Source: Candidatus Limiplasma sp.
Lineage (GTDB): Bacteria; Bacillota; Clostridia; Christensenellales; Aristaeellaceae
DNA length: 64,000 nucleotides
Assembly (NCBI GenBank): GCA_045538465.1
Contig: JAZSRK010000017.1
Coordinates: 14,863 to 78,862 of the forward strand
Direction: 5' to 3'
Below the pieces are notes generated by a model. The model worked only from the letters and a program-made list of their open reading frames with translations, searched no databases and was not told where the DNA came from. A program made the position numbers and the translations under genes. Below, piece by piece: positions 36,511 through 47,474 of this stretch (positions within the stretch are counted from its first letter, which is position 1; each line of letters opens with the position of its first letter).

Positions 36511-38631
36511 ATGCAAACTGAGCTACATGTGCGCAGAAGAATACTGGGGCTTTTGGTTTTGTTTGCCTTTGTATTTTTGGTATTGTTTCTGCGCATCGCA
36601 TATTTGACTACCTTTCGCTCTGCCGCGCTTACACAGCGCGGCATTCGTCAATGGACCCGAGAAGGCACCGTCTATGCCAGACGTGGACGCATTTTGGATC
36701 GAAACGGCGAAACGCTGGTAATGAGTGCAACGGCGTACATCGTTAACGCTGACCCCAGAAAGATCGAAGATCCTGAGGCGTTTGCTGCACTGGTCGCTCC
36801 GGTGCTTTCCATCAGTGAAGAAACCGTGCTCAGCCGCATCAGCGACCGAACAAAAGCTTCTGTCACATTAAAAAGGCAAGTTTCTGCAGAAGTGGTGGAT
36901 GTGCTGCGCAAGTTGCAGCTCAGCAGCGACGAGACGATAGCTGCACTGGCGAATGCAATATTGTTTGATGAGGATGTTCGCAGAGTGTATCCTCGGGGTG
37001 CGTTTCTTGTGCAGGCACTTGGGTTGACCAACATCGACAACGTTGGTCAGTCGGGCATTGAGATGCAATACGATCAGCTGCTCAGAGGCGTTGAGGGACG
37101 AATTCTCAGAACGGTGGACGGGCATAACAATACCGTATATGATAGCGGCAATCTCTACGTGGAGCCGCAGGATGGCAACGACCTGAAGCTGACCATTGAT
37201 GTCAACATTCAGGAGATCTGCGAAAAGGCGATGCGGGAATGCTATCAGGTAAACAAGGCGCAGGCCGTGCACGTTATCGCTATGGATCCCTATACCGGAG
37301 CAATATTGGCGATGTGCTCCAAACCGGATTACGACCCCAACGACCCGCCCCGCAACGAAGCGGATGCCTTGCAGCAGCTGATGCGTATTCGCCTCATCTG
37401 CGATGCCTACGAGCCCGGTTCCACGTTTAAGATCCTTACGGCAGCTGCAGCGCTGGATAGTGGTATCACAACCCCGGAGGAAGGATTCTATTGCTCCGGC
37501 AAGATCAAAGTGGATGGCGATACGATCCGCTGCTGGGGCAATCCCCACGAAAGCGAGAGCATGGCGCAGGCTTTGGAAAACAGCTGCAATCCGGTGTTTG
37601 TGGAACTGGCGCTGCGCATAGGGCCCGAACGATTCTACAGCTATATCCACGCCTTCGGTCTTGGTGTGAAAACCAATGTTGACTTACAGGGGGAGGGAAG
37701 TGGTATACTGATACCGGTCAGATCTGTCAAGAATGTGGATCTGGCACGGATCGGTTTCGGGCAGAGCATTGCGGTCACACCGCTGCAGTTGCTTACAGCA
37801 GCCTGCTCCGTCATCAATGGCGGGCGGCTGATGCGCCCCTATCTTGTTGCGGAAGTGCTCACGCCGGAGGGGGAGGTTCTGCAAAGAACGCAACCCAAGG
37901 TGGTCGCCCACCCTATCAGCGAAGAAACCTCCATGACCATGCGGCTTCTTCTGGAAAATGTGGTCAGTGTGGGCGGTGCCAAAAATGCCCGGATAGACGG
38001 TTACCGCATCGGCGGAAAAACCGGCACGGCACAGGTTTACAAGGACGGGCGCATCGTTAGCAATGTTCACATCGGTTCCTTTCTGGGCTTTGCTCCGGCA
38101 GACGACCCGAAGATCGCCCTGTTGGTGATCGTAGACGAGGCAGATGTGCCGGTGGACTACGGCGGCACAACAGCAGCTCCCTTCGCTCGACAAATTCTTG
38201 CGGATGTGTTACCTTATTTAGGTGTCGAGAGCAATGCCGGAGAGACGGAACAAATCGTTCTGCCGGATGTGAAGGGGCAAGCGCTGTGGCAAGCAAGGCA
38301 ACAGATGGAAGGCCTTGGCTTTACCGTGTTGACAGACGGCGGCGATGGCAGCGCACCCGTGACGGCGCAAATGCCGCGCGCAGGCGCATCTCTGGCGAAG
38401 GGCGGGCAATTGATGCTCTATACGCAACAGCAGCCGGAGGCGGAGACGTTGGTCTGCGTACCCGATCTGTATGGTCTTTCACTGGCTGAAGCTTCCGCAA
38501 TGCTGCGGCGGCGGGGGCTGGAGATGGAATTGGACGGCAGCGGCTTCGCTGTTGAACAGGTTCCGGCAGCGGGCGAATTTGTTTCACCCGGAACGCTCGT
38601 AAAAGTAACATTTGTTTTCCCAAACCCATAA
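36511..38631 (+). CDS. class B penicillin-binding protein (FtsI/SpoVD/PBP2B type) with two PASTA domains
   Basis: STFK, SCN and KTGT motifs. Two C-terminal PASTA-like repeats (PDVKGQ..., PDLYGL...). Confidence 0.92.
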   Translation: MQTELHVRRRILGLLVLFAFVFLVLFLRIAYLTTFRSAALTQRGIRQWTREGTVYARRGRILDRNGETLVMSATAYIVNADPRKIEDPEAFAALVAPVLSISEETVLSRISDRTKASVTLKRQVSAEVVDVLRKLQLSSDETIAALANAILFDEDVRRVYPRGAFLVQALGLTNIDNVGQSGIEMQYDQLLRGVEGRILRTVDGHNNTVYDSGNLYVEPQDGNDLKLTIDVNIQEICEKAMRECYQVNKAQAVHVIAMDPYTGAILAMCSKPDYDPNDPPRNEADALQQLMRIRLICDAYEPGSTFKILTAAAALDSGITTPEEGFYCSGKIKVDGDTIRCWGNPHESESMAQALENSCNPVFVELALRIGPERFYSYIHAFGLGVKTNVDLQGEGSGILIPVRSVKNVDLARIGFGQSIAVTPLQLLTAACSVINGGRLMRPYLVAEVLTPEGEVLQRTQPKVVAHPISEETSMTMRLLLENVVSVGGAKNARIDGYRIGGKTGTAQVYKDGRIVSNVHIGSFLGFAPADDPKIALLVIVDEADVPVDYGGTTAAPFARQILADVLPYLGVESNAGETEQIVLPDVKGQALWQARQQMEGLGFTVLTDGGDGSAPVTAQMPRAGASLAKGGQLMLYTQQQPEAETLVCVPDLYGLSLAEASAMLRRRGLEMELDGSGFAVEQVPAAGEFVSPGTLVKVTFVFPNP

Positions 38632-38647
38632 GGATGGAGGAATACCA

Positions 38648-40105
38648 ATGCTGTTAAAGGATTTGCTGACAGAGGTACCGTGCATTGCGGAAACCACCGG
38701 AAATATGATGGTCGAGATCGATCACCTGATCACCGACAGCCGTGAACAAACTGTCAACGGTCTGTTCTTCTGCATTCCCGGTGCACGGGTGGATGCCCAC
38801 GATTTTGCACCGCAGGCAGTAGCGAATGGTTGCGTGGCTTTGGTGGTAGAACGCATTCTGCCCCTGCCTGTGCCGCAATTGCGGGTGGAAAATGTCCGTT
38901 CTGCAGTTGCTTATATAGCAGCAGCCTTCTTTGGTCACCCTGCACGCAGACTGCGCATGATCGGCATCAGCGGTACCAAGGGCAAAACCACTACCAGCTT
39001 CCTGCTGAAGGCGATCATGGAAAAAGCGGGCTATGCCACTGGTCTTATCGGCACCACCGGCAACATGATCGGCGAAAAACGCATCAAAAGCAACCTGACC
39101 ACCCCCGATCCCATCGACCTGCATCGCTGCCTTAAGCAAATGGTGGATGAGGGCGTGGAGGTAGTGGTAATGGAAGTGAGCGCCCACGCGGTGGATATGC
39201 ACCGCTTGGATGGTATTACCTACGAAGCTGCTTGCTACACCAACTTGTCGCAGGATCATCTGGATTATTTCGGTACGATGGAGAACTATTTCGAAACGAA
39301 GAAAAGTTTCTTCATGCACGGAGCAGTGCTCAACGCTGCTTTGAATGAGGATGACGAGACCAGCGACAGGATCATCGACGACATCAGCATCCCGTACCTT
39401 ACCTACGGTATCAGCTCGGAGGCCGATGTGTTTGCCCGTGATATCGAGATCACCGAAAATGGTGTTTCTTTCTCCATCCAGCTCAGGGGCGAGGAGGATA
39501 TGGCTGTTAATATGCAGCTGACCGGCATGTTCAATGTGTATAACGCATTGGCTGCGGCTTCTCTTGCAATGATTGTTGGTGTGCAGAATTGCGATATCAA
39601 GCTGGGTCTGGAAAGTCTCAAAAATGTACCCGGACGTGTAGAAATGCTGGATACCCGTACCCCCTATAAAGTGATCCTTGATTATTCCCACTCCCCGGAT
39701 GCGCTGGAAAACATTCTTTCCACCGTACGCACCTTCACTCGCAATCGGCTGATCGTGCTTTTCGGTTGCGGCGGCGACAGAGATCAGGGCAAGCGCCCCA
39801 TTATGGGCGAGATCGCGGGACGGTTGGCTGATTATTCCATCCTTACCAGCGACAACCCCCGCACGGAAGACCCCATCGCCATTCTGGAAGCGATCGAGAA
39901 CGGCGCCAAGGCAGTCGGCGGCAGCTATACGGTTATCGAAAACCGCCGTGAAGCCATCCGTTATGCCCTCAACATGGGTCGGGACGGCGATGTGATCATC
40001 CTCGCCGGTAAAGGGCATGAGACCTATCAGGAAATTATGGGCGTAAAGCGTCCCTTTGACGAGAAGATCGTCGTTAACGAATTGCTTGCGGAAATGCAAG
40101 CTTGA
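38648..40105 (+). CDS. murE: UDP-MurNAc-L-Ala-D-Glu:meso-DAP ligase
   Basis: GISGTKGKTTT P-loop and the DNPR DAP-specificity motif (SDNPRTEDP). Confidence 0.93.
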   Translation: MLLKDLLTEVPCIAETTGNMMVEIDHLITDSREQTVNGLFFCIPGARVDAHDFAPQAVANGCVALVVERILPLPVPQLRVENVRSAVAYIAAAFFGHPARRLRMIGISGTKGKTTTSFLLKAIMEKAGYATGLIGTTGNMIGEKRIKSNLTTPDPIDLHRCLKQMVDEGVEVVVMEVSAHAVDMHRLDGITYEAACYTNLSQDHLDYFGTMENYFETKKSFFMHGAVLNAALNEDDETSDRIIDDISIPYLTYGISSEADVFARDIEITENGVSFSIQLRGEEDMAVNMQLTGMFNVYNALAAASLAMIVGVQNCDIKLGLESLKNVPGRVEMLDTRTPYKVILDYSHSPDALENILSTVRTFTRNRLIVLFGCGGDRDQGKRPIMGEIAGRLADYSILTSDNPRTEDPIAILEAIENGAKAVGGSYTVIENRREAIRYALNMGRDGDVIILAGKGHETYQEIMGVKRPFDEKIVVNELLAEMQA

Positions 40106-40125
40106 ACACGAAGGAGTGACTCGCC

Positions 40126-41148
40126 ATGCTAAGGCTGATTCTTGCTTTGATTCTTTCTTTGGTCGCTATGCTGCTGATCGGGCCCCGGGTGTTGCCCATC
40201 CTGCGCAAGATGAAGTTTGGTCAGACCATCTACGAGTTGGGGCCGCAGAGCCATCAGGTAAAGCAGGGTACCCCTACGATGGGCGGTCTGATGTTTGCTG
40301 GTGTTTCCAGTGTGATCGCGCTGGTGCTTTGCTTGTTCAGCCTGAAAAACGGCTTCTGGGATTTTAGCCTTGCTCTGATCGCAGTCTCGCTGGGCAGCAT
40401 GCTCATCGGCTTTGTGGATGACTACATCAAGGTGGTCAAAAAGCGCAATCTGGGTCTCATTTGGTGGCAGAAGATCATTGGTCAGGTGGCAGTCGCTGTA
40501 GCCTTTTCGGCCTATTGCTACTTTAACCCCTATGTGGGCAGCAAGGTGCTGGTACCCTTCTTTAACGTGGAATGGGATCTTGGCTGGACCTATATCCCCC
40601 TTATGAGCATGGTCATGATCTTTATGATCAATTCTGCCAACCTGCAGGATGGTCTGGATGGGCTGCTCAGCAGCGTTTCTGTTATCGGCAGCGCTGCGTG
40701 GGGCATCATTGCATTGGTGATCATGCTGGGCATTGGCGCAGATGCTCCTGCTGAAACGGTAGCCAACTACGGCAACCTTGCTATTTTTGCCATGGCGCTT
40801 GCTGGTGCATTGATGGGTTTTTTGCGCTTCAACCACTATCCGGCCAGCGTTTTCATGGGCGATACGGGCAGTATGTATATTGGCGGTGCCATGGTGGGCA
40901 TGGCCATGCTTCTGAAATTGCCCCTGTTTATGCTGCTCATTTGCTTTACCATGATCGCTTCTTCTCTGAGCGTGATCATCCAGCGGATCTATTTCAAGGT
41001 GACCCACGGCAAACGCATTTTCAAAATGTCGCCTATCCATCATCATTTTGAATTGAGCGGCATGACGGAGACCCAGATCGTGGCGATGTATGCCATTGTG
41101 GAGGGCTTGCTCTGCTTGATGGCGCTTTTGTCCATCATCTGTATATAA
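40126..41148 (+). CDS. mraY: phospho-MurNAc-pentapeptide translocase
   Basis: GTPTMGG, DDY.K, NL.DGLDGL, GDTGS, HHHFE motifs. Confidence 0.95.
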   Translation: MLRLILALILSLVAMLLIGPRVLPILRKMKFGQTIYELGPQSHQVKQGTPTMGGLMFAGVSSVIALVLCLFSLKNGFWDFSLALIAVSLGSMLIGFVDDYIKVVKKRNLGLIWWQKIIGQVAVAVAFSAYCYFNPYVGSKVLVPFFNVEWDLGWTYIPLMSMVMIFMINSANLQDGLDGLLSSVSVIGSAAWGIIALVIMLGIGADAPAETVANYGNLAIFAMALAGALMGFLRFNHYPASVFMGDTGSMYIGGAMVGMAMLLKLPLFMLLICFTMIASSLSVIIQRIYFKVTHGKRIFKMSPIHHHFELSGMTETQIVAMYAIVEGLLCLMALLSIICI

Positions 41149-41187
41149 GCGTGGAGAACCACACCTGATTTGTGGAGGTGAACGGCT

Positions 41188-42549
41188 ATGAACTTGACAA
41201 ATAAGCGTGTTTTGGTGCTGGGAATGGCACGAAGTGGTATTGCTGCCGCCGAACTGCTTCTGCACCATGGTGCGATCCCCATTTTGGCAGATAGCAAGAG
41301 TGAAGATTCTTTCGGCGATTCTCTAAATAGCTTGCGTGGTACTGCCTGCCAGTTCCGTCTGGGTGAGGATCCTATTCCTTTGCTGGACGAAGCGGATATC
41401 CTGCTTATCAGCCCCGGTGTGCCCATCGATGCCCCTGTTGTGCTGGCTGCAAAGGAAAAAGGCGTAACGGTGACCGGCGAGCTGGAAATGGCTTCTGTGC
41501 TGCTTGGCGGCGATATGGTGGCTATTTCCGGTACCAACGGAAAAACCACCACCACCACGTTGGTGGGCAAGATTTTTGAAAACGCAGGCTACGTTACCCA
41601 CGTGGCCGGTAACATTGGCTATCCGCTGTCTGCTGTAGCGCGGGTGAGCAAGAAAACGGATGTGTCGGTGGTGGAAGTTTCCAGCTTCCAGTTGGAAAGC
41701 ATCAAGACCTTCCATCCAAAAGTGGCTGCGCTTTTGAATATTACCGAGGATCATCTGAACCGTCATGGTACCATGGCGCAGTATATCAAGCTCAAGCAGC
41801 GGCTGTTTGAAAACCAGAAGGCTACCGATGTTGCTGTGCTGAACATGGATGACCCGGTTTTGCTGAAGATGGCAGGCAAGCTGAAGGGACGAGTTGCATT
41901 CTTCAGCCGTACGCAAAAGGTGGAGAATGGCGCCTGCGTTGAGGATGACAAGATCGTTTGGAAATGGGACGGCGTTACCAAAACAGTTTGCAATGTGGAT
42001 CAGGTGCTTATTCCCGGCCCGCATAATCTGGAAAACGCTTTGGCTGCAACGGCTATGACCTGCGCTATGGGCATCCCGACACCCATTATTCGCCATACGC
42101 TGTCGTCTTTTACCGGTGTGGAGCATCGCATCGAAAAAGTGCGCATCTTCCAGAGCGTTACCTACATTAACGATAGCAAGGGCACCAATGTGGATAGCAC
42201 CATCAAAGCGGTGCAGAGCATGAAGGCCCCCACCGTACTGATCCTTGGCGGTTACGACAAGCATACCGACTTTATGCCTCTGTGCAAGGAGATCGTTGAA
42301 AGCGACCAGATCGCAAAAGTGGTGGTCGTGGGTCAAACAGCCAAACAGATCCAGCAACAGCTGGCAGAGGCTGGCTATACTGAAGTGACCCAGGCCTACA
42401 GCTTTGAAGAAGCCGTTGATACTGCTCGGGCATTGGCAGTGGCTGGCGGTAATGTATTGCTGTCTCCGGCTTGCGCCAGCTTCGATATGTTTCGCGATTT
42501 TGAGGAACGGGGCCGGGTCTTTAAAGAACTTGTAAACAATCTTGAGTAA
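41188..42549 (+). CDS. murD: UDP-MurNAc-L-Ala:D-Glu ligase
   Basis: N-terminal Rossmann (VLVLGMARSG), GTNGKTTTT, DSKGTN. Confidence 0.93.
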   Translation: MNLTNKRVLVLGMARSGIAAAELLLHHGAIPILADSKSEDSFGDSLNSLRGTACQFRLGEDPIPLLDEADILLISPGVPIDAPVVLAAKEKGVTVTGELEMASVLLGGDMVAISGTNGKTTTTTLVGKIFENAGYVTHVAGNIGYPLSAVARVSKKTDVSVVEVSSFQLESIKTFHPKVAALLNITEDHLNRHGTMAQYIKLKQRLFENQKATDVAVLNMDDPVLLKMAGKLKGRVAFFSRTQKVENGACVEDDKIVWKWDGVTKTVCNVDQVLIPGPHNLENALAATAMTCAMGIPTPIIRHTLSSFTGVEHRIEKVRIFQSVTYINDSKGTNVDSTIKAVQSMKAPTVLILGGYDKHTDFMPLCKEIVESDQIAKVVVVGQTAKQIQQQLAEAGYTEVTQAYSFEEAVDTARALAVAGGNVLLSPACASFDMFRDFEERGRVFKELVNNLE

Positions 42550-42627
42550 AGAAAACCCTTCCCACAGGTGGAAGAGATGTGTACAAATGCTAGCATCTTC
42601 ATTCGCATGTGGGGAGGGTCTGCCTTT

Positions 42628-43764
42628 ATGCTGGCACAGAGGGAATTTGTCAACCGGCGTTATCTCAAACGAGCCAAAACACCTGTAGACAGCATGCTTG
42701 TTACGGTGCTTCTGCTATTGATCATGAGCGGTATTCTTATTCTTTTCAGCGCCACCTACTATCAGGCGCTGCGCAAGGGAGACCCGCTTTTGGAGGTAAA
42801 GCGCCAGCTCATTGGCGTTGGGCTGGGCACTGTGTTGCTGCTCATTACCAGCAAGATCCCGTATGCCTTCTGGCGAAAAAAGCAGGTCGTCATCGCGGGT
42901 CTGGCGCTTAGTGCTGTTTTGCTGGTGTTGGTGATCATCCCCGGCGTGGGCGTGTACCTGAACGGCTCCAGGCGCTGGCTCAATATTGCTGGTATGAGCT
43001 TTCAGCCCTCAGAGATGGCAAAGATCGCCTCAGTACTGTATCTGGCTGCAGCACTCGACCAACGGAAAGAACAGCTCAACCGGCTGGTGAGCGGCGTATT
43101 GCCGCTTTTGGTGGTTCCCGCTCTCTTTTTCATTCTCATTTTGGAACAGCCCAACCTGTCCACAGCAGGCAGTATAATGATCACCGCAGTGCTGATGCTG
43201 CTGGTGGCCGGTGTAAAATGGCGGCATTTATCACTATTGGGGGTATGCGGGCTTTGCTTGGGCATGGTTTACGCATGGATCGAGCCTTATCGCAGGGAAC
43301 GTTTGCTTTCGTTCCGGGATCCTTTTGCACAGATGAGCGATGAAGGGTACCAGCTGGCGCAATCGTTGATTGCCATCGGCTCAGGCGGCTTATTTGGCAG
43401 AGGGTTGGGGCAGGGGAGGCAGAAGTTTTCGTATCTGCCTTACCCGGAGAGCGATTTCATCTTTGCTATCGTTGGCGAAGACTTTGGTCTGCTAGGCTGT
43501 GCCGTAGTCATTTTGCTGTTTTTGGCTTTTACCTTTGCAGGCATGCGTATTGCCGTTAACTGTCCGGAACGGTACGGCAGCTTGCTGGCAGCTGGATTAA
43601 CAGCAATGATCTCGCTGCAGGCCGCGCTGAACATTGCTGTGGTGATCGGCATGATGCCTACAACAGGGCTGCCATTGCCGTTTTTCAGCGCAGGCGGTAC
43701 CTCTGTCAGCATGCTCATGGCATCGGCAGGCATCATCCTGAACGTGTCCAAAACCCATCGCTGA
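42628..43764 (+). CDS. ftsW: SEDS protein FtsW/SpoVE
   Basis: Polytopic protein with QPSE.AK and PESDFIFA motifs. ATG 42628 follows GGGGAGGG; the start is uncertain. Confidence 0.88.
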   Translation: MLAQREFVNRRYLKRAKTPVDSMLVTVLLLLIMSGILILFSATYYQALRKGDPLLEVKRQLIGVGLGTVLLLITSKIPYAFWRKKQVVIAGLALSAVLLVLVIIPGVGVYLNGSRRWLNIAGMSFQPSEMAKIASVLYLAAALDQRKEQLNRLVSGVLPLLVVPALFFILILEQPNLSTAGSIMITAVLMLLVAGVKWRHLSLLGVCGLCLGMVYAWIEPYRRERLLSFRDPFAQMSDEGYQLAQSLIAIGSGGLFGRGLGQGRQKFSYLPYPESDFIFAIVGEDFGLLGCAVVILLFLAFTFAGMRIAVNCPERYGSLLAAGLTAMISLQAALNIAVVIGMMPTTGLPLPFFSAGGTSVSMLMASAGIILNVSKTHR

Positions 43765-43831
43765 ACGCACTTTCACATATTTCGGTGCATTGCATAGGAT
43801 GCTCCATGCAATGCTTACCGGAGGTGAAAGG

Positions 43832-45094
43832 ATGGACGTATTACGCATCCGCGGTGGCAGGCGGCTTACGGGAGAATGGACCGTACATACTGCCAAGAAT
43901 GCTGCGCTGCCGATCATGGCAGCCGCAGTGCTTGCATCGGAGAGGACGGTGCTGGAAGCTTGTCCGCAGCTGAGCGATGTAAAACACATGGGGGAGATCC
44001 TGACAAAGTTGGGCTGCAAAGTCGTTTGCAGCGGCAAAACGCTGGAGATCGATCCTCAGGGCATGAACAGCTGCGAAATGCCAGATGCGCTGGCCAAGAA
44101 GATCCGGTCTTCCATTTTTCTGCTGGGGCCTATTCTCAGCCGGTTTCATAAGGCATCGGTAACGTTTCCCGGCGGATGCGAGATCGGGCTTCGTCCCATC
44201 GACCTGCACCTGAGCGGGCTTAGACAGTTGGGCGTGGAGATCGGCGAAGAAGGCGGCGTCATTCACTGTGATGGACGGCATATGCAGGCGGGGGAGGTGC
44301 ACTTGGACTACCCCAGCGTGGGTGCTACCGAGAACGTGGTAATGGCGGCTGTGCTTCTCAAGGGCAGAACGGTGCTCCACAATGCGGCACGGGAACCGGA
44401 GATCGCCGATCTGCAGCGGTTTCTCAACTGTATGGGGGCCAAAGTGAGCGGCGCGGGCAGCAACACCATCGTAGTGGAGGGCGTGCGAAAGTTGCGCGGT
44501 GTGACCTATACCCCCATGCCGGATCGGATCGCCGCTGGAACCATGCTGGCGGCAGTTGCCATCACCGGCGGCACGGTCAGGCTAAAAAACGTACCTACCG
44601 ATGATATGCATGCAGTGTTTTCGAAGCTGCGGGAGATGGGCTGTGTGCTCAATTTGCACGATGGCAGCGCTGTACTGCATGCACCGGAACGGCTATCTCA
44701 GTTTGCAAGTTTGCAGACTCAACCGCACCCGGGTTTTCCTACCGATATGCAAGCGCAAATGCTGGCACTGGCTACGGTGGCAAGCGGGGTCTCCGTCATT
44801 GTGGAGAACGTGTTTGAAAACCGTTTCGGGCATGTGGGCGATCTGAATCGCATGGGTGCAGATGTGCTTATCAACGGTAGAACGGCCGTCATCAGAGGCG
44901 TGCGGGAGCTGCATGGCACCAATGTGACCGCGAGGGATCTGCGGGGCGGCGCAGCGCTGGCTTTGGCTGGGCTTCGCGCAAGCGGCGAAACAGTTATCGA
45001 ACAAGCACAGCTGATCGACCGGGGTTATGAACAGTTTGAAAATGCGCTGGCTTCTCTGGGCGCAGAGATAAAGCGCGAACAGATAGATCCTTAA
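43832..45094 (+). CDS. murA: UDP-GlcNAc 1-carboxyvinyltransferase
   Basis: AKNAALPI and PGGCEIGLRPIDLH with the catalytic Cys. GGAGGTG RBS. Confidence 0.93.
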   Translation: MDVLRIRGGRRLTGEWTVHTAKNAALPIMAAAVLASERTVLEACPQLSDVKHMGEILTKLGCKVVCSGKTLEIDPQGMNSCEMPDALAKKIRSSIFLLGPILSRFHKASVTFPGGCEIGLRPIDLHLSGLRQLGVEIGEEGGVIHCDGRHMQAGEVHLDYPSVGATENVVMAAVLLKGRTVLHNAAREPEIADLQRFLNCMGAKVSGAGSNTIVVEGVRKLRGVTYTPMPDRIAAGTMLAAVAITGGTVRLKNVPTDDMHAVFSKLREMGCVLNLHDGSAVLHAPERLSQFASLQTQPHPGFPTDMQAQMLALATVASGVSVIVENVFENRFGHVGDLNRMGADVLINGRTAVIRGVRELHGTNVTARDLRGGAALALAGLRASGETVIEQAQLIDRGYEQFENALASLGAEIKREQIDP

Positions 45095-45119
45095 AACACA
45101 TAAGAAGGGAAGGGTGCAT

Positions 45120-46016
45120 ATGAATAAGAGGAACAATGCGCGCAACGATCGGCCGGTTGAAGAACAGTATCAGGCTTATGGAGAATACACATATTCCCAT
45201 CGCTTCGATGAGAGTGATACCGCAAATCTGCAGCAGCCTACCGGGCAGATCGCCCCAGAACCTCAGATGCCTCGCCCAGCCAAACCCCGCCGCAGCGGCA
45301 GTGGTTTCTTCCGTTTTTTTGTACTGCTGTCTATTCTGACCATTGGCATCGTCATCATGCTCCAGACGGTTTTCCGTCTGGAGGCTGTCTGCGTTATCGG
45401 GCACGAGACCCATACGGCGCAAGAAGTGATCAACGCCAGCGGTCTTACCTATGGGCAGAGCATTTTCTCGATCCGTGAAAACGATGTTGCGCGCAGCTTA
45501 GAGAGCGACTACACCCTTATTTTTCGTGGGATGCAGGTGAAACACCCCAATCTGGTGTATTTGCATGTGGAGGAGCGCGAGCCTGTAGCGCTGATGCAAT
45601 GGCTGGGCGTGTATTATGTTCTGGATAAGGATGGGCTTGTTATGGATGAGACCACCAGCACCGAGCTGGTGGGCACGCTGCCGTTGGTGTCTGGCATTCG
45701 AGTGTCGGGAGCGCATAAGGGGCATTTCCTCACAGTAAACAGCCAGACGCAGCTGGACGCCTACCGCCAATTGATCGTAGAGCTGAACAAACAAAACTAT
45801 GCAAGCCAGATCACAGAAATTCGTCTGAGTAATCCGGATAATATCTATCTGGTTACGGTAGAAGGCATCAGTGTTCGGGTGGGCAAACCTGAAGATTTAA
45901 AGCATAAGGTGCAGGCCCTCAGAACAACGATCGCTTATCTGCGCGCGCTTGGAGAGACCGCAGGTGTGCTGGATGTAAGCAATTCTGGAGAGGTGAAATA
46001 CCGTTCAGATAACTAA
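45120..46016 (+). CDS. divIB: FtsQ/DivIB-type POTRA cell division protein
   Basis: Basic N-terminus, one TM (FFRFFVLLSILTIGIVIML), then POTRA-like I.V.G...T..EV. Confidence 0.8.
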   Translation: MNKRNNARNDRPVEEQYQAYGEYTYSHRFDESDTANLQQPTGQIAPEPQMPRPAKPRRSGSGFFRFFVLLSILTIGIVIMLQTVFRLEAVCVIGHETHTAQEVINASGLTYGQSIFSIRENDVARSLESDYTLIFRGMQVKHPNLVYLHVEEREPVALMQWLGVYYVLDKDGLVMDETTSTELVGTLPLVSGIRVSGAHKGHFLTVNSQTQLDAYRQLIVELNKQNYASQITEIRLSNPDNIYLVTVEGISVRVGKPEDLKHKVQALRTTIAYLRALGETAGVLDVSNSGEVKYRSDN

Positions 46017-46084
46017 ATATGAGCTACCAGTTTGTAACAATTTCGATTTCATCAAGAAAAAAAGAAAAAAAGCTTGGAATATGC

Positions 46085-46113
46085 TTGCGAATTCCTCCCA
46101 AAACGGTTACAAT
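46085..46113 (+). promoter_or_regulatory. sigma-70-type promoter upstream of ftsA-ftsZ
   Basis: TTGCGA (46085-46090), 17-nt spacer, TACAAT (46108-46113). Confidence 0.55.
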
Positions 46114-46230
46114 AAATTGTGGTACTTTGGGTGCCTCTTTTGTGCGCATACATAAACGCATATTTGAAGCATCTTTCTGCAAGCAGACAAATCGTCTGCA
46201 TCGACTCCTGATGAACGGGGAATGCTTGAT

Positions 46231-47424
46231 ATGAAATCTACCATTGCGGCAATTGATTTTGGAACATCCAAGATTGTTACTCTTGTGGCAGAAATCAGCG
46301 GCGGTCAGCGCTGCGATATCGTAGGCGCCGGCAGCACTCCATACGATGGCTTTATGGAAGGCGAATGGAACAACCCTTCTGCGCTTAACGATGTGATCGT
46401 AAAATCCATCACGAGCGCAGAACAGCAAGCCAAACGCAAAGTTCGCGAGATCAATGTGGGTGTTCCTGGCGAGTTTACGCGTGTATATGCAGTGGAAACC
46501 AGCGTTGATATTCAGGGTACCGATCCCTCGGTCACCCCTCGCCATGTGGAAAAGGTCTTTGCTCAGGCGGACAAGCAGCTCTCTCCTGTACGCGGCATCG
46601 TCATCCACCGTAGCCCTGCTTGGTTTATGGTGGACGGCGGCAAAAAGGTGCTGGAGCCCGTCGGTATGAAAGGCTCCGAACTGAAAGCACTGGTCAGCTT
46701 TGTGGTGGCAGACACTTTCTTCTTGGATGATATTCTCGCTCGTATGCGCGATTTGAATATCACCGTCAGCGGTTTTTTCTCCAGCTCTACTGGCGAAGCG
46801 ATGCTGTACCTGCCGCAGGAAGAACGCGACCGTACCGCCATTCTCATTGATATCGGCTATCTTTGCACCGATGTAATGGCTGTAGAAGGCGATGCGGTCA
46901 TCTTCCAAAAGACATTGCCTGTTGGCGGCGGCCATATCGCAGTGGATGTTGCCAGTGGTTTGCAGGTCAACATGGATCAGGCCGAGCAGATCAAACGCGA
47001 ATATGTGTATGGCATTTCCACCATTTCGCAAAGCTATACCGCATCCGGCACCGATGGTGTCAAAGGGCAGACCTTCACACAGGAAGAAGTTGCAGAAGTT
47101 CTGGAACCCCGTGTGGATGAGATCGCCGATATGGTAAGCCAGTGCATTGAGGATAGCGGCATCAAGATGGGTAGTTGGTCCAACATCTATCTTACGGGCG
47201 GCGGGCTTTGCCTTAACCGCGGCGGCAGAGATTATCTTTCTGCCAGACTGAACCGCCCCGTGCGCGATACCGTCAAACGGACGATCAAGCTTTCCAGCCC
47301 TGTATACGCCAGTGCCATGGGACTTCTGGATCTGATCGCAGATACCATCGAAGCGCAAACAGCTCCTACGGGCGGTATTGGCGGCGGCGTAAAGGAATTC
47401 TTTAAGAGCCTGCTGGGCGGTTAA
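46231..47424 (+). CDS. ftsA: cell division protein FtsA
   Basis: [10 protein letters not shown] actin-fold phosphate-1 motif and ILIDIG. ATG 46231 has better spacing from GGGGA than ATG 46222. Confidence 0.9.
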   Translation: MKSTIAAIDFGTSKIVTLVAEISGGQRCDIVGAGSTPYDGFMEGEWNNPSALNDVIVKSITSAEQQAKRKVREINVGVPGEFTRVYAVETSVDIQGTDPSVTPRHVEKVFAQADKQLSPVRGIVIHRSPAWFMVDGGKKVLEPVGMKGSELKALVSFVVADTFFLDDILARMRDLNITVSGFFSSSTGEAMLYLPQEERDRTAILIDIGYLCTDVMAVEGDAVIFQKTLPVGGGHIAVDVASGLQVNMDQAEQIKREYVYGISTISQSYTASGTDGVKGQTFTQEEVAEVLEPRVDEIADMVSQCIEDSGIKMGSWSNIYLTGGGLCLNRGGRDYLSARLNRPVRDTVKRTIKLSSPVYASAMGLLDLIADTIEAQTAPTGGIGGGVKEFFKSLLGG

Positions 47425-47474
47425 ACCGGTCAGCTCCCGATACGGCTGATTATGAAAACAAGGAGGATGCAATC

